In this document: positions 50,306-58,098 of the stretch, one piece after another
Layout of the letters: every line of letters starts with the position of its first letter
Numbering within the stretch: the first letter of the stretch is position 1
Source: an uncultured Bacillota bacterium
GTDB lineage: Bacteria; Bacillota_I; Bacilli_A; RF39; UBA660
Direction: 5' to 3'
Assembly (NCBI GenBank): GCA_946611635.1
Contig: CAMODW010000004.1
Location: forward strand, 1 to 59,414
DNA: 59,414 nt
Translations under genes and position numbers: made by a program
Notes under the pieces: generated by a model
Told to the model about the DNA's origin: nothing
What the model saw: only the letters and a program-made list of their open reading frames with translations
The model's database searches: none

Positions 50306-52451
50306 AAATACTTAAACCATTTTCAATATCAAATTTATTATTTTCATTCATCACAGGTATTCTCGTTCCATCATCTGAAATTTGATATCTAATCGGAAAA
50401 CATGCTGCTTGTCTTTCTTTATTATATTCTAATATACTAGCCATTTTTTCATCTAATTCTTCTGGTGTAAATTCACCAGTTTTATCATACATTTCTCTAA
50501 TTGCAGACATAAGTACTTCCCCAGAAATCATATTATTAACATGATTAATAATATACTCACCGACTTCTAACATAAATTCCTGAACATATTCATTACTTAA
50601 TTCTAATTCAAATTCGAAATCTTCTAGTTCTTTATACTTTTCACTTAATTCTTTATATTTTTGTTTATCAATACTTTTAAAAAACTCTAACATTTTTTCC
50701 ATAAATTTTTGAGTAGATGTTTTATTCGCTTTAAAAATGGTATTCTGTAAATATTCAATATCACCATAAATATCCGTGACATTAAAAAATTTTGATTCTA
50801 ATTCTTGGTTATTTAACTTATTGACAATTGGTCTCATTCTATCAATGAATCGTCCAATATTACTAGCTGCTGTATCCATACTAGCCAAATTATAATAAAC
50901 AGTACTAAACCATTCATAACTTTCTTTATCTAATGTCTCTAAAGTTTTCATAAATTCCAGTAAACTTTCCTTAAAATCTTTTACTTTTTCCAACAAATCT
51001 GTATTGGCACTTTCTATTATCTCACTCTCTTCTTTTCTCATCCATATATTAGCTTTTTCATAAAATTCTTCTAAAGAATGAACAAACAACATCTCTTGAA
51101 CACCTAAAAAACTCAAACAATTATATATTCTTAAACCATTGTATTCATCCGGAGTCATTAATGCATGAACATAACTATCGTTATCCATTTCATTATCAAA
51201 AGTAGGATCAGAAATAAATACTCCATCAATATCATATTTAGGATCTATTAAATGAATCAACAAACGAGCATGTCCAGCAGTTGCATACTCTACATCATCT
51301 GGAATAACTAAAGCATCATCAGGCTCCTTTTCTAAAGTTATATCAACATTTACGGAATAATGAGACGACTTAATGCCTAATTTACTTAATAAATCTTCGA
51401 GTAAAGTTACGTATCCTACACATACCATATACTCTCCATCCATGACTTTATATAAATCTCTAGATTCAGATTTATCATCGGGATTTTCTTTATATTCTTT
51501 AAAATTTTTAGTAACATTGTATGCAAATAGAAATTTTTCTAATGGGCTCAAATTCAATGCCGGTCTTATCATCTCTATTAAACGTTTTTCATATTTTACA
51601 TAATCTTTAATAGAATAATCTTCTGAATCTCCTACCCCAATTTCAATATCATAATCTAATACTTCTAAATGACTAAAAATATATTCATTAAATTCATTTT
51701 TAAAATCATAACTATCATAATCTTTAACATCAACTAAAATACTATTTCCTTTTCCTAATTCCTTCAATCTTTTAATAACTTTAAAAATATTATCAAAATC
51801 ATTTGATTTAAATTCTATTTTTGCATTATCATTTAAAAATTTAATATTTTTAATTTCTTCATCAGATAAACTTCTATCTATCTTAAGATATGTACTTCCA
51901 CATAAATCTTCATAAGATGAATCTAAGACAAGTTTTCGTTCTACATTATAACAAATTTTAGAATCAAACACTTCACTAATCTCTTCATCAACTTGATAAG
52001 TTTTTATTGAATCAATACTAGAAACTTTTAATATTTCATAGTCTTCTTTTGTTAATGAATACGGTTGATCATAAGAACCAAGTATCAATTCATTAATATG
52101 CGTATTTTCACTTAGTGCTTTAATAATTTCCTTTGTTATAAAAGGATCTTCCAAACTAAAAATCTTCTGGTCTACATTACGACATATTTCCGTAACTGCT
52201 GCAAATACTTTATCTTTATTAGATTCAAAATACTTGCCGTCAAATCCCAAATAATTACCAGATAAAAAATCGCCAACAACAATAGGATGTGCTGCATCAG
52301 TAAAATGCCATCTAGTATTATTATTTATTGTTGCAATAGGATCAACTTGTATGCCGCTAAAATGATAATTTTTTAAATTAGACAACAATTCTTCAATAGT
52401 TAAAGAATTTGGTTTTGTTTTATCCGAATCAAATATGTTAACATCTCTCAT
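50304..52451 (-). CDS. large cytoplasmic protein with a central transglutaminase-like Cys-His-Asp core (paralog 1)
   Basis: ATG at 52451 lies 5 nt after AGGTGA. No signal peptide or TM. GEYMVCVGYVTLLEDLLSKLGIKS ... AGHARLLIHLIDPKYDIDGVFISDPTFDN. Confidence 0.6.
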   Translation of the reverse strand: MRDVNIFDSDKTKPNSLTIEELLSNLKNYHFSGIQVDPIATINNNTRWHFTDAAHPIVVGDFLSGNYLGFDGKYFESNKDKVFAAVTEICRNVDQKIFSLEDPFITKEIIKALSENTHINELILGSYDQPYSLTKEDYEILKVSSIDSIKTYQVDEEISEVFDSKICYNVERKLVLDSSYEDLCGSTYLKIDRSLSDEEIKNIKFLNDNAKIEFKSNDFDNIFKVIKRLKELGKGNSILVDVKDYDSYDFKNEFNEYIFSHLEVLDYDIEIGVGDSEDYSIKDYVKYEKRLIEMIRPALNLSPLEKFLFAYNVTKNFKEYKENPDDKSESRDLYKVMDGEYMVCVGYVTLLEDLLSKLGIKSSHYSVNVDITLEKEPDDALVIPDDVEYATAGHARLLIHLIDPKYDIDGVFISDPTFDNEMDNDSYVHALMTPDEYNGLRIYNCLSFLGVQEMLFVHSLEEFYEKANIWMRKEESEIIESANTDLLEKVKDFKESLLEFMKTLETLDKESYEWFSTVYYNLASMDTAASNIGRFIDRMRPIVNKLNNQELESKFFNVTDIYGDIEYLQNTIFKANKTSTQKFMEKMLEFFKSIDKQKYKELSEKYKELEDFEFELELSNEYVQEFMLEVGEYIINHVNNMISGEVLMSAIREMYDKTGEFTPEELDEKMASILEYNKERQAACFPIRYQISDDGTRIPVMNENNKFDIENGLSI

Positions 52452-52479
52452 AGAATTCACCTATTATAAGTATAACATA

Positions 52480-52504
52480 TAAAAAGATGATTATTCGTCA
52501 TCTT
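52480..52504 (-). terminator. terminator retained from the duplicated der 3' end; now terminates paralog 2
   Basis: AAGATGA-cgaataa-TCATCTT followed by TTTAT. Two base pairs differ from the der terminator by compensatory double changes. Confidence 0.6.
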
Positions 52505-52620
52505 CTACATAGTCTTTACATCTGCAATTTTTAAATAGAAATATAATGGGTATTCTGCCAAAATCAAAATTTTTTCTTATAGAATTTATTAAATACCTTT
52601 CATAACTAACTAATCACTAC
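52491..52620 (-). pseudogene. relic of the 3' end of der (about 40 codons), left by a segmental duplication
   Basis: Translates to LVSYERYLINSIRKNFDFGRIPIIFLFKNCRCKDYVEDDE*, against the Der C-terminus LVHFSYERYLENSIRKNFDFSGTPIILQFKNRNGDEDSE*. An in-frame TGA lies immediately upstream. DNA is colinear with 54887..55015. Confidence 0.85.
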
Positions 52621-52678
52621 CAATTCACATTAATTATCTTACACTAATGCTGTTATAATTTATAGTTATAGCAACTTA

Positions 52679-54847
52679 CTACATACTAATATTCATATTA
52701 TCTATATCAAACTTATTAAGATGATCTGAAATAGGTACTTTATCATCTTCAGTTATTTTATATCTTACTGGAAAACGTGGTTCTTGCCTAGCTTTATTAA
52801 TATACATAACTTTATTTACTTCTTCTTCTAACTTGTCATCTGGTACCCCATAACACTTACTATATAATTCCATAAGAGCAGCTTTATACTTTTCACCAGA
52901 AACTTCATGATTCATATTATTAACTACATATTCACCAAAATCAAACATAGCACTAGATATAAAATAATCATCAGGAATAAAGTTATATTCGTAGACATCT
53001 TTATATTTATTATAGAAATAATCATATTTCTTATAATCTAAATATTTTAAATACTCTATAAAACTCTTTATAAAATCTTTTTGAATATTAACTTTGTCTT
53101 TCAAATATTTATTTTTACCATCATTAAAAGAATCTACAACAAGCCTTATACGATATAAAGTATTCTCTAATTCCGGATTATAATGACTCTTTAAGTATTC
53201 CATTTCTCTTTTTTCAAAATACTTCATATTAGAAGGCACAAATTTGGCATTTTTTAAATTACCAAATAATAAAATGACATTATTATACTCATTTTCATCA
53301 AATTCTTTTAATTTTTCTATATATTCTAAAAACAATTCACTAATGGCATGAGTGTATTCTTTTTTAGTTGCTGCACTATATTCTTTATCTATTTTTTTAA
53401 TATTACTAGTCATCCAAAAGTTCGCTTTAGTATAAAACTCATCAATAGTTTTAGAGAAGAATACTTCTCCAATCTTTTCTCTAGAATAGAAACTTGATCG
53501 ATAAATTCTAAGAAACTCCTCTTGAGTCATTAAAGAATAATTATAAGTATTAATCTCCATAACGTTATCCCAAGTAGGATCAGCATAAAATATTCCGTCT
53601 ATACCATATTTAGGATCAACAAGATGTACCATAAGTCTCATATGTTCTTCACGGCCAACCTCCATTCCTTCAGGTGTAACTTCCGCATCCAAAGAGACTT
53701 TACTAAATTCATTTACCACGCCTAGAGTGATAAGATCACTTTCAATTCCTAATTTATCAAGTAAATCTCTAAGCATCTCCGCATAACCGACACAAACCAT
53801 ATATTCGCCATCTAAAATTCTATATAAATCTCGAGCTGCCCAAGTATCTTCTGGATTTTCTTTATATTGTTTATATCTTGTTACAACACTATAAGCAAAT
53901 AAATATTTTTCAAATGGACTTAAATCATATGCATCTTTTATTAAATCATATAATCTTTTCTCATAATTATAATAATCTTTAATAAGATATTTAGAATCAT
54001 GTTTTTCATCATTATTTGGCATAATAACAGTTATATTTTTATCTATTAATTCTGGATGTTTGTCTATAAAAGCATTAAAATCATTTTTATAACTACGTCC
54101 TTTAATAGGTCTTAGTTTAATATTTATCTTAATATCCCTGTTTTCTTCCAAATAATTTATTACTTTCAAAACATTATCATAATCGGTAACGCCTACAAAT
54201 TCTACTTCGCAACCTTTTTTCAAATATTTTAAGTTTATTATTTCTTCATCAGATAAAGGCGTATCAATTAGAAATCGATCACACTTTGATAAAGAGGAAT
54301 AAGTATAATTATATATTAAGCATCTACTATCATTACAATAAATCTTACCATTAAAAATATCCCTTATTTCTGGAGCTGCATCTGCAGAATAAATAGTTTC
54401 TATAGAAGAATCAACTATAATATCATATATTTCTTTAGTTAAAGTATATTTTCCATCATTACTACTAAGATATATTGCTTTTATATTAGAATTTTTGCTA
54501 ATTGCTCTAATAAAATCTTCTCGAATAAAATCATCTGCTAATATTATATGATCACTTTTAGTAGTAGATAGAATTCTAAATAATTGTTCATCTATTGCTT
54601 CTTTATTTTGTAAATAGTATTTCCTATCAAAAGATAGTATATTTTCCTCATCTAAAACCCTTTCTAAATAGGAAATAACATGTTCATCATCATTATATCT
54701 TATTATAAATTCTCCTTTTTGATTTTTTCCACTAAACTTACCATTAAGTAACAAAGCAAAAACAGGTTTATTAAAATCTTTTAATTGTCCTATACTTAAA
54801 CTATGTGCACCAAAAAAAGGAGCATCAAAAGCACTAGTCTCTATCAT
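52679..54847 (-). CDS. large cytoplasmic protein with a central transglutaminase-like Cys-His-Asp core (paralog 2)
   Basis: 722 aa. RBS AGGTGG. GEYMVCVGYAEMLRDLLDKLGIES ... EEHMRLMVHLVDPKYGIDGIFYADPTWDN. Colinear with paralog 1 through to the C-terminal FP(I/V)RY..NKFDI motif. Confidence 0.6.
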   Translation of the reverse strand: MIETSAFDAPFFGAHSLSIGQLKDFNKPVFALLLNGKFSGKNQKGEFIIRYNDDEHVISYLERVLDEENILSFDRKYYLQNKEAIDEQLFRILSTTKSDHIILADDFIREDFIRAISKNSNIKAIYLSSNDGKYTLTKEIYDIIVDSSIETIYSADAAPEIRDIFNGKIYCNDSRCLIYNYTYSSLSKCDRFLIDTPLSDEEIINLKYLKKGCEVEFVGVTDYDNVLKVINYLEENRDIKINIKLRPIKGRSYKNDFNAFIDKHPELIDKNITVIMPNNDEKHDSKYLIKDYYNYEKRLYDLIKDAYDLSPFEKYLFAYSVVTRYKQYKENPEDTWAARDLYRILDGEYMVCVGYAEMLRDLLDKLGIESDLITLGVVNEFSKVSLDAEVTPEGMEVGREEHMRLMVHLVDPKYGIDGIFYADPTWDNVMEINTYNYSLMTQEEFLRIYRSSFYSREKIGEVFFSKTIDEFYTKANFWMTSNIKKIDKEYSAATKKEYTHAISELFLEYIEKLKEFDENEYNNVILLFGNLKNAKFVPSNMKYFEKREMEYLKSHYNPELENTLYRIRLVVDSFNDGKNKYLKDKVNIQKDFIKSFIEYLKYLDYKKYDYFYNKYKDVYEYNFIPDDYFISSAMFDFGEYVVNNMNHEVSGEKYKAALMELYSKCYGVPDDKLEEEVNKVMYINKARQEPRFPVRYKITEDDKVPISDHLNKFDIDNMNISM

Positions 54848-54874
54848 ACTACCACCTATTTTTAATTATATCAC

Positions 54875-54900
54875 AAAAAAAGATAGTTATTCACTATCTT
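54875..54900 (-). terminator. terminator after der
   Basis: AAGATAGT-gaata-ACTATCTT followed by TTTTTGTG. The der stop lies in the loop. Confidence 0.7.
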
Positions 54901-56209
54901 CATCACCATTTCTATTCTTAAACTGTAATATAATAGGTGTTCCACTAAAATCAAAGTTTTTTCTAATAGAATTTTCTAAATACCTTTCATAACTAAAATG
55001 AACTAATCCTTTATTATTACATCTAAAAGTAAACTTTGGCGGACAAGCTCCAGTTTGAGAGCAAAAATAAATTTTTAACCTTTTACCCTTATAACCAGGT
55101 GCTTCATGTAAATTAGTAGCATCATTAATAACATTATTTAATAAAGAAGTCTTTATTTCTTTTCTATTATTATTATAAGCATTAATTATTTCTGGCATTA
55201 AAGTATGTAGTCTTTTCTTAGTCTTAGCCGATAAGAAAACTACATTAACATAAGTCATAAATTGAAATTCAGCTGCGATTAGTTCTTTCCATTTCTTCAT
55301 CTCAGCATCTTTGTTCTCTATTACATCCCATTTATTTACAACTAACACTAAACCTTTGCCAGCTTCTATAGCATAAGAAGCTATATGTTTATCATGTTCA
55401 ATAATACCTTCCGAAGCATCTATAACAAGAACACAAACATTACTTCTTTCTATAGCTTTTAAACTTCTAATTAGCGAATATTTTTCTACTGATTCAAATA
55501 TTCTACCTTTTTTACGCATACCAGCCGTATCTATTACTACATATTCTTCTCCATTATATTTAAACCTTGTATCAATAGCATCTCTAGTAGTTCCAGCAAC
55601 ATTAGATACAATAGATCTCTCCTGATTTAATATAGCATTTATCAAACTACTTTTACCTACATTTGGTCTACCAATTATAGAAAACTTTAATAAATCTTCT
55701 TCTTCCTCTACTAAAGGAGTTAATCCATCTATTATAGTATTCATCATTTCGGAAAAACCTAAACTATGTAAAGCAGAAAAAGGTATTACATGTTCAAAAC
55801 CTAATTCATAGTAATAATAAACTCTTTCTTCTTGCATCTTATAATTATCTAATTTATTTAATAGTACTATAACTTTTTTATCAGTCTTTATAAGCATATC
55901 TCTTACTCTAAAATCATCACTAGTTAGATCTTCTCTACCATCTACTACAAATAGAATTATATCACTTTCTTCAATAGCTATCTCTGCTTGTAATATTATA
56001 TCCTTATTAAAATTACCATTTCCATAATCTATACCACCAGTATCAATTAACAAAAAAGAATAATCTTTATAATTTACAGTTCCATATATTCTATCTCTAG
56101 TAACTCCTGGTTCATCCATTATAATAGCTTTATTTTCTTTAATTAACTTATTAAAGATAGTACTCTTACCTACATTTGGTCTTCCTATTAAACATACTGT
56201 CCTTTTCAT
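54887..56209 (-). CDS. der: ribosome-associated GTPase Der (EngA)
   Basis: Two G domains (GRPNVGKST twice, DTGG/DTAG, NKLD/NKWD) plus a KH-like C-terminus. Confidence 0.96.
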   Translation of the reverse strand: MKRTVCLIGRPNVGKSTIFNKLIKENKAIIMDEPGVTRDRIYGTVNYKDYSFLLIDTGGIDYGNGNFNKDIILQAEIAIEESDIILFVVDGREDLTSDDFRVRDMLIKTDKKVIVLLNKLDNYKMQEERVYYYYELGFEHVIPFSALHSLGFSEMMNTIIDGLTPLVEEEEDLLKFSIIGRPNVGKSSLINAILNQERSIVSNVAGTTRDAIDTRFKYNGEEYVVIDTAGMRKKGRIFESVEKYSLIRSLKAIERSNVCVLVIDASEGIIEHDKHIASYAIEAGKGLVLVVNKWDVIENKDAEMKKWKELIAAEFQFMTYVNVVFLSAKTKKRLHTLMPEIINAYNNNRKEIKTSLLNNVINDATNLHEAPGYKGKRLKIYFCSQTGACPPKFTFRCNNKGLVHFSYERYLENSIRKNFDFSGTPIILQFKNRNGDEDSE

Positions 56210-56263
56210 AGTAACCCCTCCAAGTTCAACTATTTTATCAAAAAAAAGAAAAGAAGTAAATTA

Positions 56264-56812
56264 TTAACCTGTTTTAATACTTCCTCCCTCTTTATAGTAG
56301 TATGACTTATACCTAGCTCCCCCAACTTCTACCGACTCTGTACATTTATCAGCATCTTCTTTAGAATTGAAAATAAATTGAGCATTAACTCTTTTATTAA
56401 CAATATATACCATAACTTGATTAGTAAGCATACTTTTAAAATCTCTAGGATCTAAAAATTCTGTTTCAGCAGAACTCTTTCCAACTTTTTCTAATTTTAA
56501 GAATCCTTTATCTGCTAAATTAGCTATTGTAGTTAATTGACAATATTCTATTGTTTCTCCACCTACAGCGCAAGAAGTATTCCCATCTACTAAGTTTTCA
56601 CTTATTTGCCCAGTTATAGTATTATCCAAATAACTAAACCGATCTTCTCCATATAATTGAGCTGCCTTAACAACCGTCTTAACTTTTTTACAATACATAT
56701 TATATCTATTCTTTCTCGAAATAGACAAAACTGCTGGAGTAGCCATAACCATAAGTATTGCTAATATAGTAATTACCCCCAACAATTCTACCAAAGTAAA
56801 ACCTTTTTTCAT
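56264..56812 (-). CDS. type IV pilin / pseudopilin-like protein (prepilin N-terminal methylation motif)
   Basis: MKKGFTLVELLGVITILAILMVMATP. Four Cys at positions equivalent to the upstream paralog. The ATG overlaps the upstream TAA (TAATG). Confidence 0.75.
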   Translation of the reverse strand: MKKGFTLVELLGVITILAILMVMATPAVLSISRKNRYNMYCKKVKTVVKAAQLYGEDRFSYLDNTITGQISENLVDGNTSCAVGGETIEYCQLTTIANLADKGFLKLEKVGKSSAETEFLDPRDFKSMLTNQVMVYIVNKRVNAQFIFNSKEDADKCTESVEVGGARYKSYYYKEGGSIKTG

Positions 56813-57390
56813 TACCAAATACTCACCTTTCCATGTGGAACATCTGAAGCATGATCTTCTTCATAATAATATCCATAAGTTTTTGAAGAATCTATAGCTT
56901 TCTTTTCAGCATCTTCTTTATTACAAAATTCAGAATCTGCTATATTACTATATACAAATCTTGCATAAGCTCTTTCATTTTCGACATATACAACCACATA
57001 ATTATCCTTCATACTAGCAAAAGTTCTAGGATCATAAAACTCATCATATATTGGTTTATTCTTATCATCTTTTACTAAAGCATTAGCTTCTTTCTTTAAA
57101 TATCCTTTAGCTAATAAAGTATTAATTGTTATATATTGGCAAGCTTCTGAATTACTATGCGTAATAACAGAACACTTTCTTTCAATTATTTTATCGCCTT
57201 TTATAGTTTCTTTAACATCATTACCATATAATCTCGCTGCTCTTTCAATAGTTTCTACCTTCGAACAAAACATTTTCTTTTTCATATTCTCTTGAAAAGT
57301 AAAAGCTGAAGGAACAGCAATTACTGTTAATATAGAGATTATTGTAACAACTGCTAATAACTCTATTAAGGTAAATCCTTTATTATTCAT
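56812..57390 (-). CDS. type IV pilin / pseudopilin-like protein
   Basis: MNNKGFTLIELLAVVTIISILTVIAVPS (G/F cleavage site, Glu+5). RBS AGTAGGTGA. Confidence 0.75.
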   Translation of the reverse strand: MNNKGFTLIELLAVVTIISILTVIAVPSAFTFQENMKKKMFCSKVETIERAARLYGNDVKETIKGDKIIERKCSVITHSNSEACQYITINTLLAKGYLKKEANALVKDDKNKPIYDEFYDPRTFASMKDNYVVVYVENERAYARFVYSNIADSEFCNKEDAEKKAIDSSKTYGYYYEEDHASDVPHGKVSIW

Positions 57391-57435
57391 TAATTCACCT
57401 ACTTTACAATACCATTATAATATATTTTAACAAAA

Positions 57436-57459
57436 TAAAAAAGATACTATTTAGTATCT
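57436..57459 (-). terminator. terminator after engB
   Basis: AGATAC-taaata-GTATCT followed by TTTTTTATTTT. Includes the TAG stop. Confidence 0.6.
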
Positions 57460-58037
57460 AGACATTCGTCAATGATTTTATGAACCATATCTTTACCTTC
57501 CTTAGTTACACTAGAAAAATAAACAATATTATCATTATTAGCTAATTCAAAAGCTTCATTAAACTTACTATCTAATTTAGCTCTATCACTTTGTTTTAAT
57601 TTATCACACTTAGTAGCTACTATAGTAACATCTAAATTATGATACTTAATAAAGTTAAACATTAACAAGTCATCTTCCATAATCTTATGTCTACTATCTA
57701 CTAGTAAAAAAACTCTTTGTAAGTTATCTCTATTTTTTAAATACTCTTCTATCATCATGCCAAATTTCTTTTGTACTTCTTTAGAAGTAGCTGCATATCC
57801 ATAACCTGGTACATCAACAAAATAAAACTCATCATTAATCAAATAAAAATTCAAAGTTTGAGTCTTACCTGGTGTAGCACTAGTATGTGCCATATTTTTT
57901 CTATTTATACAAGTATTAATAAAACTACTTTTACCAACATTACTTCTACCAACTAATAAAAACTCTTTTTTATTATCTGTTGGATATTGGCTTTCTCTAT
58001 TTGCTATAGTTTCCAACATTACAGAATTAATCTTCAT
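57447..58037 (-). CDS. engB: ribosome biogenesis GTPase EngB (YsxC/YihA)
   Basis: GRSNVGKSSFIN, DVPGYGYA, TKCDK. Start MKINS (58037) lies 7 nt after AGGTGA. Confidence 0.92.
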   Translation of the reverse strand: MKINSVMLETIANRESQYPTDNKKEFLLVGRSNVGKSSFINTCINRKNMAHTSATPGKTQTLNFYLINDEFYFVDVPGYGYAATSKEVQKKFGMMIEEYLKNRDNLQRVFLLVDSRHKIMEDDLLMFNFIKYHNLDVTIVATKCDKLKQSDRAKLDSKFNEAFELANNDNIVYFSSVTKEGKDMVHKIIDECLDTK

Positions 58038-58058
58038 ATTCATCACCTATACGAATAA

Positions 58059-58087
58059 ATTATAAAATATTTTCTCGTTTATTGCAA
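58059..58087 (-). promoter_or_regulatory. sigma-A promoter for engB
   Basis: TTGCAA-17 nt-TATAAT on the minus strand. Confidence 0.65.
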
Positions 58088-58098
58088 ATCACTAAACT

